DNA from: Octopus sinensis
Lineage: Eukaryota
DNA: 64,000 nucleotides
Direction of reading: 5' to 3'
Assembly: GCF_006345805.1 (NCBI RefSeq)
Contig: NC_042999.1
Coordinates: 80,352,001 to 80,416,000 of the forward strand
Part shown: piece by piece, positions 13,405 to 26,329 of the stretch
Layout: every line of letters begins with the position of its first letter
How positions within the stretch are numbered: position 1 is the stretch's first letter
The notes under the pieces: generated by a model
Told to the model about the DNA's origin: nothing
What the model saw: only the letters and a program-made list of their open reading frames with translations
The model's database searches: none
Program-made: the position numbers and the translations under genes

Positions 13405-13504
13405 TATATCATACGTGCATACATGGGCACACACACACACACATACAAAAAACAAACACAACATACACACATACAATGAAAACACTGTGCATTCTTCTAT
13501 AAAG

Positions 13505-13805
13505 GCCAAAGAGTAAAGACCCCCGTCAGACAAGAATGACCATGAGATTACACGTAGAAAGTTCCCCTCCAAGGCACAAGTCCAGGCAAGGTTGTTCATA
13601 GAAGACCAGTAGTCACCACGCATACCATCCTCCCCTCTCCACGACACCGCTGTTGTGCTAGGGAAAGGCAAAAGCCATTGCAATTTGGCACCAGTCACGT
13701 TGCAACTCATTTCTACAGCTGTGTGAACTGGAGCAACGTGAAATAAAAAGTCTTGCTCAAGAACACGACACACAACCCGGTCCGAGAATCGAACTCACCG
13801 CCTCA
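13505..13805 (-). mobile_element. SINE (family C) with tRNA B-box and CORE/V-like central domain, head truncated
   Basis: Minus strand GAGTTCGATTCTCGG B-box followed by gtgttcttgagcaagact..tatttcacgttgctccagttcac.cagctgtagaaatgag. Matches an abundant octopus SINE as I recall it. Confidence 0.75.
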
Positions 13806-14087
13806 ACTAGAAAATAACTCACCGTCATACTCATGTTTCTACCCATTAATGCTTCAGAAAACCAATAGCGTTTATTACATTCCTTATTATGTGAAATGGC
13901 TTGGAATCGGAACTGTAGCCTAATTCTCGATAGGGTTTAGGAGATTAATGTGGAAATAATTACTGACCTCTAAGTTTTAAACTCATTGGTAACGTGTGGC
14001 GCATATTAGCACATTATTAAATATACACACACACATTCATAAACACACACATGCGCACGCACACATACACGCACACAAGCACACATA

Positions 14088-15363
14088 TCAGGCCATCCCA
14101 TAAGTACTGTCCGAATTTTGAATAAAGAAAACAAATGATCAAATGTTATATTTCATTGAAATTTAATCATCAACGTGCTTTCCCTCGTTATCTATGACTT
14201 CCTTCCATCTATTTACAAGCTTTTTAATCCCATCAATGTAAAACTCTTTCAGTTTAAAAGTGAAGAACTCTGAAATGGCAGTTTCGACCTCCTCCTGGCT
14301 TGCGAAATTTATGTCCCCCAAATGATTCTGTAAACTACGAAAAAAATGGTAGTCTGAGGGAACAAGGTCAAGAGAATAAGGTGGATGAGGAATTTTTTCC
14401 GAACCAAGCTCTTCGATCTTCTGTGATGCGATCTTTGCAGTGTGGGCTCTCGCATTGTCCTGATGAAACATTACTCCTTTTCAATTCACTAAAGCGGGTC
14501 TTTTTACTTCAAAGCTTAGTTCAAATGCTCTAATTGCTGACAGTAGACTTCAGCACTGATTGTTGCATTCGGTGGTACCAATTCAAAGTGAGTTACTCTT
14601 TGCACTCCCACCAGATAGACAGAAGGATCTTTTCCCATGAAGGTCCCTCCTCTGTTGTATTTGAGCTTTTTTTCTTTTATCAAGCCACTGTTTACGATGT
14701 TTAACATTTCGATAGAAGTTCCATTTTTCGTCACCAGTCACAAGTCTATCCAAAAAGGGTGAAATGAGTTTGCGAGAGAAGAGTAGATGTCAACTTGGGA
14801 TTTGCGGTTGCTTTCGGACAATTCATGAGGCACCCATTTTCCAAGTTTAGGAACCTTTCCAAGTTGTTGAAGATGACGATGAACAGTTCATGGTTTGAAC
14901 TAAGCTTTATTGCCAATTCTTCAACTGATAATGCAGGATTTTCTTCAAGTAATACTTCAAGGAGCTTATCATCAAACTCAACTGGTTGTCCTGTTCGATC
15001 TTCATCTTCAAGGCTGAAATCTCCACTTCTGAATTTTGCAAACCATCTTCTGCAAGCTCTTTCATTTAAGCATGCTTTCCCTTAAACCGAGTGTACTTTT
15101 CGAATCGCTTCGGTTGCAGAGTTTCCTTTTTGTACTCATAAAGCATTATGTGCCTTAAATGCTCTTTGGATACTTCCATGTTAGAAAGGGTTTAATGAAA
15201 GAAATTTTAATTCTACTATTCTGTAAAATAATATTTACGTAGTTTTAAATGTACACAAATGCATAAAAATAATTTTTAATGCCATTAGACATTCTAAAAT
15301 ACTATTAAATTTCAATCAATTTTAACACAGGTAAAATCGGACAGAACGTATGAGATGACCTGA
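14088..15363 (-). mobile_element. Full-length (1276 bp) decayed mariner (DD34D, Mos1/Hsmar1-like)
   Basis: TA|TCAGGCCATCCCATAAGTACTGTCCGAATTTT and AAAATCGGACAGAACGTATGAGATGACCTGA|TA TIRs. MEVSKEHLRHIMLYEY at the N-terminus; HQDNARAH, PHPPYSLDLVPSDYHFF and GIKKLVNRW at the C-terminus. Confidence 0.95.
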
Positions 15364-15440
15364 TATATACGAAAGATTACTTATGAATAAGAAGTTACTC
15401 TAACATAAAGGCCTCGTGATAAGCGTAGTTGTTGAGAACA

Positions 15441-15825
15441 CGGAGGCGCAATGGCCCAGTGGTTAGGGCAGCGGACTGGCGGTCGTAGGATCGCGGTTTC
15501 GATTCCCAGACCGGGCGTTGTGAGTGTTTATTGAGCGAAAACACCTAAAGCTCCACGAGGCTCCGGCAGGGATGGTGGTGATCCTTGCTGTACTCTTTCA
15601 CCACAACTTTCTCTCACTCTTACTTCCTGTTTCTGTTGTACCTGTATTTCAAAGGGCCGGCCTTGTCACTCTCTGTGTCACGCTGAATATTCCCGAGAAC
15701 TACGTTAAGGGTAGACGTGTCTGTGGAGTGCTCAGCCACTTACACGTTAATTTCACGAGCAGGCTGTTCCGTTGATCGGATCAACCGGAACCCTCGTCGT
15801 CGTAACCGACGGAGTGCTTCCATCA
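15441..15825 (+). mobile_element. tRNA-derived SINE (family D), full length with TSD
   Basis: Head GGAGGCGCAATGGCCCAGTGGTTAGG (A box) and GGTTTCGATTCCC (B box). 11-bp TSD TGTTGAGAACA at 15430-15440 and 15826-15836. Closely similar to the copy at 22404. Confidence 0.93.
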
Positions 15826-16552
15826 TGTTGAGAACATTATGCATCACATTAAATTATATTAGGCTGTATGGTTTGCTCTATGCCAGTTTACCATACGAAG
15901 GAATGGTTAAGTGATTATTTTTCAGCTGGTAGGATTTGTAGTTAGTAATATTAAGGATTATTTCAAAAGATTCTTTTTCTTATAAATTATCTGTTATTGA
16001 TGCGAGGAGGAAATTATTAGAAACGAAAGAATTGTGGCAAGGAAGAGGAATATAGACTACTCCATTGTATAGAGAATTTCTGATGAAATCATATGATTGA
16101 AAGGAAGTGGCGTTCTAGTTAATTCCTTGTAGATCAAAACAAGGATAGTTAAGACATCTAGAAATATTCTCTCATAATGAATATGGGGGAAGAAATTGAT
16201 ATTTCAGATTAAAGTAAAAAGCTATGAAGTAACAAACATTTTTAATAAGGTGTTCGGGCATTACCTTAAAGAAGCAAGGGAATAAACGAATCTTTTTCCT
16301 TTATAATGAAAATATGCAATTACTAATTAAGTAAAACATGTCACCAACACACTAGGGTAACAGCAACATGCATATGAATGTGATGTTAATCCAATCCCCA
16401 AACATATTACATCAGATAACTCGGAGTGCTGTTTATGGGGCTGATATATAATATGTGATATTAAATCTGATTAAAATCAAACAAACAATCTACAGAGACT
16501 ACTCCTCTGCGATTTCTTCTAACTCACCACCTTCTTAACCAGTTGTAATAAT

Positions 16553-17134
16553 CATTTCTATTATAGGCACATAGCCTCGATTTTGTGGAGATGAGGATAG
16601 TCGATTACATCGACCCAGTACTCAACTGGTACTTAATTTATCGATCCCGAAAGAATCAAAGGCAAAGTCAACCTCGGTGAAATTTGAACTCAGAACGTAG
16701 CGGCAGACGAAATATATATTTCTTTACTACCCACAAGGGGCTAAACACAAAAAGGACAAACAAGGACAGACAGACGGATTAAGTCGACTATATTGACCCC
16801 AGTGCGTAACTGGTACTTATTTAATCGACCTAGAAAGGATGAAAGGCAAAGTCGACCTCGGCGGAATTTGAACTCAGAACGTAGCGGCAGACGAAATACA
16901 TATTACTTTACTACCCACAAGGGACTAAACACAGAGAGGACAAACAAGGACAGATAAACGGTTTAAGTCGATTATATCGCCCCCAGTGCGTAACTGGTAC
17001 TTAATTTATCGACCCCGAAGGAATGAAAGGCAAAGTCGACCTCAGCGGAATTTGAACTCAGAACGTAGCAGCAGACGAAATACCGCCAAGCATTTCGCCC
17101 GGAGTGCTATCGACTCTGCCAGCTCGCCGCCTTA
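16553..17134 (-). mobile_element. Second trimeric family-A SINE, TSD-flanked
   Basis: Same three-core layout as 10668-11246. TSD AACCAGTTGTAATAAT (16537-16552) / AACCAGTGGCAATAAT (17135-17150), 14/16 identical. Confidence 0.92.
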
Positions 17135-17199
17135 AACCAGTGGCAATAATGACATTTCCTCTTGTTTGTAAAAGACCAATCCTGAAATGAGAATTGCAA

Positions 17200-17760
17200 T
17201 AGAATCATTTGCAACACAGGCACCAGGTTACAAATTTGAAAAGGAGTTACTTGATGAAAAGAGCAGCGAATCTTTATAAGTGATTGGTACTAATTTCATT
17301 GATGCACGGAAGATAAAATGAATTGTCTTACACCGTGGGTCATTAGCGCAAAGCATTGAAAATAATAACTAAATATTACACGCTATTTTCTCTGGCACAC
17401 TATTCAACATCTCACTTAACACCACTACCTCTTCAAATGAATATTTCAACCACAGTCATAAGGAAAGAAGAGACGCACTATTGTAGATTAACCTGAATAT
17501 CCAACTAGTAATTCTTTGTTGATATGGAAAGGATGATAAGTATTTAGGACACTACTGGGATGTGAATTAAGAATTAATGCAACATAACTGAACACGGACC
17601 CTGATAATTACTCCAATTTCTTCTGGAAATGCGAATTCCAATCCAATTTTTTACAATACAAGCACCAGGTCACAAATTTGAAAAGGAGTTAGTTGATGAA
17701 ACGAACTACAGTTTTCGACTGATGCTTTAATCTATTAATCACGGGAGATGAAAAACGAAG
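17200..17760 (-). mobile_element. Cluster of old family-A-related SINE fragments
   Basis: Two similar segments gcaccaggt.acaaatttgaaaaggagtta.ttgatgaaa at ~17220 and ~17661 resemble the tail-A junction. Confidence 0.5.
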
Positions 17761-17764
17761 ATAT

Positions 17765-17829
17765 TTACGTGTGTGGATTTATCTGCATTTAGATGTAAAT
17801 ATATACCTTTGAAACGTATGTATGTATTT

Positions 17830-17870
<41 letters not shown>

Positions 17871-19586
17871 TGTAAATAATCGGAATAGATATTCCAAGTC
17901 ATTTTTTCCGGTACTCTTCGGATTCGGCTAATGCGCGACTCCAAGTCAATGGGTGGAGTACAAAGAACACAAGATCTAGAGAGAAGGTATTTAAAAAGTA
18001 GGTTTTACTCTAGAGAAAACGTATTTAAACAGGTTTTCTCAAGAGAAAACGAATGTTAAATTATCAGCAAAACTTAGAGATAAATTTACAATACCAACAA
18101 AATTATACTCTGTTATGTAGAGCTACCAGATATGGTCAATAATTGAAGCCCTTAGGCACAAGGGGAAACTCTCGGTTCTCAGTATTAACAGATAAAATAA
18201 CAAAATTAAAAACAAACAAACGAACCCAAGAAACACAGGAATAAATTTACCAAAAGATTCCACGGCAATAAGTCAGCATAACAGTTTTCTTTATTTATTG
18301 CTGACATCAAGTACAGTATTTTAAGAATTATTTAATGCATATTTGTAATATTTATGCTTTAAGCAAGTGAAATAGTAGCGTAAAGTTACATGCCTATACG
18401 CCAAATGAGACTCAGAATTGAGACGTAGTTACTTTATTCTTAAACTATTTATATTACTCATCACTACTGAGAACATAGATAATTTCATCTCTCTGTTCTT
18501 TCCTTCACCTCTTTTAACAAGTTTTGTTTTTTACATTGTTATGTGTTTATTGCAAGAATGAATTTGTCATTTTTATAAATAGTCTATGTTCGGACGTTAA
18601 TCAATGAGAAAGAATAATTAGTTAAGAGAGAAGACTTCACAAAAACGTTAAACAATTAGAGCCTGAGAGATAATTACAGCTTGCTTATTTTTGTCTCAGT
18701 ATTCATTTTTAAATTTATGTTGCTCATCTTCTGCAGATCTTATTTCTATTCTAACATAATGCCCTTTAAAAGCAAAAAAAGAAGAAAAAAAAAGAAAAGA
18801 AAATTGTAAGAGAAAAAGAAAAGCACCATGTAGTACTGGAAATTTAAAAGACAAAATATGACTAATTATTTTCAATGCATATAATTTTCTTGACCTTCAT
18901 ACATTTTAGTGAACCAGATGAAAAATATATTTAGACATACGAGTAATTGAACAACATCAGTCACACACACACACACACACGCACACACAGAGGCACAAGC
19001 ACACACTCACACGGACACAAACAAGCACACACTTACACGGACACACACACATGTATGTATATATATGTGTGTGTGTGTATATATATATGTATGTATACAT
19101 ACATATACATATATACATATATATATATAGATATATATGTGTGAGTGTACATGTATGCATGTATATACCTATTGCACGCATATGCCTCATACATACAAGT
19201 AACGATACAGTCGCACTCTCATAAGTAAAATGTCCTACGCACACAGTCAAAAGCACGCAGTAATGGACATATATAATAACTTACTGAAAATACTGGAGTA
19301 GCTATTGACTATATGAGTAAGTGAACGTGTGTGTATGTGTGTGCGTGCATATCTGTTTGTGTACGTGTGTATGTGTGTGTGTGTGTGTATGTGACTGTTT
19401 GCGTGTTAGCGTATGATTCTCATCACGTGTGTGCAAATGTGCAGATGATGCTTTTACAAAGAATCATAAATATAAACGTACTCACTCACATAAACAAATG
19501 CGCCATGTTACCTTATATATGTATACAACTACACACACACACAACACACACACACACACACACACACATACGAATATATATGTTTA

Positions 19587-19619
<33 letters not shown>

Positions 19620-19620
19620 G

Positions 19621-19661
<41 letters not shown>

Positions 19662-19760
19662 GTATATATATGTATATATATATGTATGTATTTATATATG
19701 TATACATACGTTTAAACGGTATATATTTGCACCTAAATGCAGATAAATCCACACACGTAA
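17765..19760. repeat. 56-bp inverted repeat pair enclosing ~1.9 kb
   Basis: 17765-17820 matches the reverse complement of 19705-19760 at 52/56 positions. Confidence 0.9.
19510..19700. repeat. (CA)n/(TA)n compound microsatellite
   Basis: Directly visible. Confidence 0.95.
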
Positions 19761-20039
19761 CAGGACATGCATAAATCCACACATACTGCAGAGACGAGTT
19801 CATATATACCAACGTCAACAGCACTAAAATGCCAAAAGAAGCATGCCCATTTATTTGTGCTCATACATATATGTAAGTACGCAAATGTATCAAATGGGTA
19901 TTCACACGCTGGTATATCCACAATCACACACATGTATGCGTGAGTGCCGCAGCGTGTGTATGGTACCATATGTATCTAAATATAGACTTGCATAACACAC
20001 ACCTCTATAAACATACACACATATATATTTATATTTATT

Positions 20040-20083
<44 letters not shown>

Positions 20084-22403
20084 TATAGATATATATGTAT
20101 ATATGTGCATATGTATATATATATATGCGTGTATGTATGTTTGCATGTATGCACGTAAGTACGTATGTATAATATATGGATGTGCCTACGCGTGTACATG
20201 TGCGTGTGCATCTCTGTGCACGTCTGTGTGATTGTGTGAGTGTGTTTTTGTTTGTGTGTGTGTCTGTGTGTGTGCGTGTGTATGAGTATGCGTGCGCGCG
20301 CATAAGTGTACGTTTGAGAGAGAACATCTCTACATACATATTAAATGAATCTTATTCTCTTGAAATGCTGAAGTGTTGTTTTCTTATCAACCTGACTATT
20401 TTGTTGAATGACAAGTTACATATTTTAAAAGTTCTACAAGTCAGTGCAACAAATAATAAAATGAAAAAAAAACTACAGAATGTAATATTGTTGTTTTTCT
20501 TTCTTTTTCTTCATATAATAAATTTTCAACAAATTCTTATCTAAATACAACATTAACGTATTACGTCATACAATTTATTATTCACCACAAAAATTGATAT
20601 AGACGGTTATCTTGCTTAATAGAATGTTATATTTAAACTAAATTTTGGTATTCTTTACTTTCTTATTGCAGAAATATATGCTAAATCTTTTATTTACATT
20701 TTGGTGAGTTAAAGAACGCTGTTAACTGCATTGATGGAATACTGGAGAAATATGGTTGACAGTTCGTATTATACTGCTCCATTGATGACCACATATGACA
20801 TCTAATAAAATAAAGGTGGCATTGTGATTACAGTTCAATGAGGTCGCAAATATGACCAAACTTTAAGATCATCCGAGTTTCTCTATACGGGTTTCTTTCG
20901 TTTCTTTATATTCAAGAGTCTTTAATAGTGTTTATGAAACAGACTGGCTTAGATATTATATAGGTAAACGAATCATCTTGGACATATATTATTTCAAATA
21001 TGTTTTGGAGGATAATATAATCCCTATATCATAGGCTTAACACTAATGCTGACACTAACACCCTCTACCAGCCATTCCCCTGTGTCTTGAAGGCAGACGT
21101 TTGATTCTGACCCTTTTGTACGGAACAGAGGTTGTTATATTCGATTGCCATATATTATTTGATAACCTAGTTGATGACACTGCTTCCCAAGTATTTAAAG
21201 GTTTTTTGTACAGGTAAAATCTCATCTTACAGCCTCTTTTTCTTCTCTTTCTTCCCCGCCTGCAACCCCCACTTCTTTATAATAAACTGATTTATATATT
21301 AATTAATTTATTTTTCGTAAATGAAAAGCAGAAAATATAATGGATGAAGACCCTCCCGTTTGTCTTGTCTGAGGAACCACTCAAGATCCTGAGTGCTTCA
21401 TATCTGCAGAAAATTGGAGTAACATATCACACTAATATATTGAAAGCCATGACACACATACACATACTTCAGAATTAGATAATGGTGGGCCGTTTATAAT
21501 TCAACTCCAATCACGTGGTTTCATCTTAGAAGGAAAAAGCATGTGTCTTTTTTGAACAAAATCAATTCTGGTATCAATTATAAAATATCTCTTGATTTAC
21601 CGAAAATCTGAATGCCATTATTAGCGCTAAGGTAATGTGACTTAGTAAAGCGAATTGGTATGATTTATGCTGGCAGTGACAATGATGAAACATTATTTGT
21701 GGAAGTAGTTCTTGTATAGCCCGTGAAAGGGTATGGCTTATTTGTTGCCTTGTACCTTGATGCGCTGGAGTCTAGTTAGGATTTCTAACGAAGATAGCAT
21801 TAACGACTGGAAGAAAAACAGTCAGAAATGAAACAAATGTGTGAGGTGAAGGTCATAGACATTCTGTATTGAAACTCAAACTCCTAGTACTTTTTATGGC
21901 AAAAGGTTGGGGGAAAATGTGTTGGGAAATAAATCTAAATCGAATCACTGATTTGAGCTATTCTCAGCACTGTAAACAATTTTTGGTTATCTTGGATGTA
22001 CTATGCAATGTATTTATTCAACATTAAATCTGTCTTACGCTGATCAGCAAACAGTTATTATATGACATGTTGATTTTAGTCGGAAATTTCAACCTACTTT
22101 AAGATTAGCTGTTTCAAAGACTAAGAAATGGTTGTATCTGTGGCAATATATATAGAAAAGAAGTTGAATTTTGAAAACTGTTAATGCGAGAAAACTGCAA
22201 ATGTGAGGATATTACTGAAATCTTTTGCTGGTGGCTACTTCTACATTCATAATGAGCTTAGAATTACTGAAAGGGACTTGATACAATCATCTGATACATG
22301 TTATAAAGCGGAAACATTGGCAAGTAAAGTCAACAGTCTTAAACGACTATGACATGGACAGAACTGGAACTTAACTTGTGTATGATTTAATAGTACAGAG
22401 AAA

Positions 22404-22785
22404 GTGGAGGCGCAATGGCTCAGTGATTAGGGCAGCGGACTCGCGGTCGTAGGATCGCGGTTTCGATTCCCAGACCGGGCATTGTGAGTGTTTATTGAGC
22501 GAAAACACCTAAAGCTTCACAAGGCTCCTGCAGGGGATGGTGGTGAACCCTGCTGTACTCTTTCACCACAACTTTCTCTCACTCTTTCTTCCTGTTTCTG
22601 TTGTACCTCTATTTCAAAGGGCCAGCCTTGTCACACTCTGTGTCACGCTGAATCTCCTCGAAAACTACGTTAAGGGTACACATGTCTGTGGAATGCTCAG
22701 CCACTTGCACGTTAATTCCACGGGCAAGCTGTTCCGTTGATCGTATCAGCTGGGACCCTCATCGTCGTAACCGACGGAGTGCTTC
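22404..22785 (+). mobile_element. tRNA-derived SINE (family D), full length with TSD
   Basis: A/B boxes as at 15441. Perfect 13-bp TSD TAGTACAGAGAAA at 22391-22403 and 22786-22798. Confidence 0.94.
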
Positions 22786-24075
22786 TAGTACAGAGAAAAC
22801 CTTTGAAGGAGTTGAGCTTGACCTGAAGAAAATGATGGATCTAATTCATTCTTAGGAAACGTTTCAAAATCTCTCTAGTATGAGGGCGAAACGTTGAAAC
22901 TGCATGTCAAACACTTCTGACGGTACACATACTACAAGGAAATTACAGACAAGCAAATAAACAATAATACTCATGATGTGCATACGACACCACTCTCAAA
23001 GGAAGCTGCCCGTACCTCAAAACAAAAATTCAGATGTGGAACGCTCATTAAAATTTGTTATCATTTGTCTATTGCCTGTGAGGTTGCAAATCTGTCTAAA
23101 ACTAGTTCAATGACGTAGTCAACCTACGCAATGTACTTGATGTAGAGATGAAATAGAAACATAGCGAAGCTGTACTTTCTGATATCTAACGCGATCATAG
23201 AAGAAATTATCCACATTGGTGTCTTTTTCACATACAAGTCACATCTCATTCCATTTAAAAATATCTTTTACGTTTTCATGAAAATTTTCCGCGTTGAAGT
23301 ATTTTTCACTCCCTGGTCACATCTCATTTCATTAAAAAGAAAGTTGTTCTATATTTTCTTGTGAAATTAAGAGCTCTTCCAATATATCTCTACATAATAG
23401 TTACTATTACTCATCAAAGATCATTCATCATGTTGACACTAAAAACGCATTAACCGATAACCACAATGTTCCATGAAATACTTAGTACTCTATATCTACC
23501 AGTTGTAGAAATCATTAGTAGTCTAAAGGTGATAATTTTGACCAATACATCAGTTTTTTCAGTTGCCAAAATTAGGAAGGGTTTCGTGGATATTGTAAAG
23601 TCAAACACGTAGATGTAAACCTTAATATAATTAGATAAGTTGTTTATAGGAGATGTGAATTTAACCCATCTCTGAAGGTGTTACTTTTCTCTCCCAATTC
23701 CAGTGGATAAACAAAATTTGTATAAATTTGGTTTAACGTTTCAGTTTGTCATGATTTCACCAGACCTAAAAGGTGAAGATCTCTTGAGGTCTTCATGCTG
23801 TACAACACATCCCAACTCTTGCTAAAACTTCTGCTTCTATCCATATGACAATTATTTTTCTCGTTACATTTCCATGTATTCCAGTCTTCATTTCTCACCA
23901 CAATTCTTCTGTTTGTGATATTCAGACTTGTTTCAATATAATATAAATCTTTTATTAATGCTTTTGTACAAACAGAAAATTATTTTTAATCAAGCTGTAC
24001 ATTTTAAACAATAAATTAAATTAACTGAATTAAATATTAACTCGTATACACTGAAACATAGGAGCATCTGTACGC

Positions 24076-24501
24076 TTTTACTCTTTTAGTTGTTTCAATC
24101 GTTTGACTGCGGCCGTGCTGGAGCACCGCCTTTAGTCGACAAAATCGACCCCAGGACTTATTCTTTGTAAGCCTAGTACTTATTCTATCGGTCTCTTTTG
24201 CCGAACCGCTAAGTTACGGGGACGTAAACATAGCAGCATCGGTTGTCAAGCGATATTGGGGGGACAAACACAGATACACAAACATATACACACACATACA
24301 TACATACATACATTCATGCATACATAATACATATATACTACGGGCTTCTTTTCAGTTACCGTCTACCAAATCCACTCACAAGGCTTTGGTCGGCCCGAGG
24401 CTATAGTAGAAGACACTTACCCAAAGTGTCGCGCAGTGGGACTGAACCCGGAACCATGTGGTTTGTAAGCAAGCTACTTACCACACACCCACTCCTGCGC
24501 C
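24076..24501 (-). mobile_element. tRNA-derived SINE (family B) with internal microsatellite
   Basis: Minus-strand head GGCGCAGGAGTGG.TGTGTGGTAAG and B box GGTTCAGTCCC; internal (TACA)n/(CA)n; tail ends in (AAAAG/TAAAAG) units. Homologous to 52673 and 56812. Confidence 0.92.
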
Positions 24502-25059
24502 TAAACAATTAAAAAATTTCATACCTAATACGATTTCAGTGTGGTAAATATGTATTAGCCATTCAAAATTAGATATATATGGTTAAGTCACTTAAAAATC
24601 TATCACTTTCTGTGAAAACTTCCTCTCACCAAATGAGGGGTGATTCCACCGATAGTTTTCAATGGTTAATTTGTGTCTTCCATGTTGCAATAGATTTAGT
24701 CTCAACACATTTAGGTCAGAGCAGTTCTTTGGCAAGTACACCTCCATGATAATATATAATTATTCTCAATGTCTATTCTTGTCTCAATTTTCTTAATTGA
24801 GAATAGCTTTAAAATTCATTACTAGCGCCTTACCCACTCACATACACTAACGTATTAGTTGAAGCGTCAGGTTCATCATGGAACTAGGGAGAATGCTTTG
24901 GGCTATTCATTCCCGTTCTATGCTCTCAAGTTTTAATACCATCGAGATCAACATTGCTTCTAATAAAATCCAAATCAATGATCAAACCTTTTCTTTCTTT
25001 CTTTCTTTCTTTCTTCATTCCTTTCTTTCTTTCTTTTTTTCTGTCTTTCTTTCTTCCAC

Positions 25060-26110
25060 AAATATCTACCAGAAAACTGAAAACGTGACTTAGGTGACTG
25101 GTTAATCCTATAGCCGCACACATTTGAACAACTTATAGATTTCAAAATTCTAATCCACAGCATAAATAATAATATTAACTTTACCGTGGAATACAGTAAA
25201 ACTCAGTTACCATTCCTGGATATACTAATAATCCAAAGAGATAAAAACATTGAAACAGATATTCACTGTAAACAAACAGATTCTAAACAATACTTACTGT
25301 TCTCCTCATGTCTTCCCAAACACACGAAGAATAATATCCCTTTAATCTAGCAAAAAGAATCTGCACAATCGTCTCAAACCCTGAAACTCGCAATAAAAGA
25401 CTCCAGGAGCTAAAACAAGTATTACTTAAAAGACAATATCCAATAATATTAATAGACGACAGAATAGAACGCGCCCAAACAATAAATATCGAAAAACTAC
25501 GAATAAAGAAAAACGCTCTAGGTACCTCCAGTACTCTACCCTTTATTACAACTCACAAGCCAAGAAACACAGAGATGTAGAATATTATCCATCAGGACAT
25601 TCCAATACTAAAACAAGACCCAAGAATGATACAAGCATTCGAAATACACAAAATAATCAAAAGCAAAAGACGGTCAAAGTAGCGCAAAAACTTCCTCACA
25701 AGTGCAAAATTACCTGCTACAATTTCTACACCATCACTCAAAAAGTGTGGCCGCCCCAATTACGGGATCTGCATCACCCTTATTGAAGACACAACATACA
25801 AATTCAAATGAGGAGAGATTTGTAATGTAAAAAACAATTTTACATGTTCTTCAGGGAAGTATATATAGGTTATCAAATGTCAAACAAAGCTTACACTAAG
25901 AAATAAACTGACCATTCACCGAAACCAAATACGAGACCCCAGTACTTGACAGATTCCATTTAGAGGACACATAAGCATATATCCAAAAACTAAGACCCCC
26001 AAAGTCTATGTTTTCTCACTCTGTCTATGTTCAGCGAATACTACAGATGAAGTATGGACAAAGCAAATACTTTCATACAAAAGGACAAACCAAGACTTAA
26101 CAAGCTTCAC
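25060..26110 (+). mobile_element. Penelope-like element, RT C-terminus + Cys linker + GIY-YIG endonuclease (5'-truncated, degraded)
   Basis: RDLGDWLIL (cf. RYLDD), QLPFLDILI, TDSKQYLLFSSCLPKHTKNNIPFNLAKRI, KKCGRPNYGIC linker, GKYIG, KLTIHRNQIR, YFIQKDKPRLN. Confidence 0.88.
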
Positions 26111-26329
26111 CGGAATACATACACAATAACTATTCACACAAAACTCTTTCTACCATTTATCATGAGGGACCTACACAGTTAACCACCTAAACTTTAGCCA
26201 CTGCACTACATACACACGACATCTGTCCACTCTCCTACCAGTCAAATTAAATTTGGAGTGCCTTGATTATAGCTATGTTAACTCAACCGTGTCGGTCTTC
26301 TTTTTAGGTGCAAAATATACTGTCACGTA

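Noticed and set aside
14163-14471. SETMAR-like host gene
   Set aside because: Lies within a TIR-bounded, frameshifted mariner; no SET domain.
15441-15512. tRNA gene
   Set aside because: A/B boxes are present but continue into a SINE body with a TSD; no acceptor stem or terminator.
10668-17134. Regularly repeated units resembling a CRISPR or satellite array
   Set aside because: The units are ~180-bp SINE cores with tRNA boxes and TSDs; there are no unique spacers and the context is eukaryotic.
21330-22380. Possible very old hAT transposase relic (+)
   Set aside because: Only vague resemblance (TLNLS, LRITE); too decayed to support.
23530-23950. Possible RTE-type RT relic (-)
   Set aside because: No diagnostic motif recoverable by eye.
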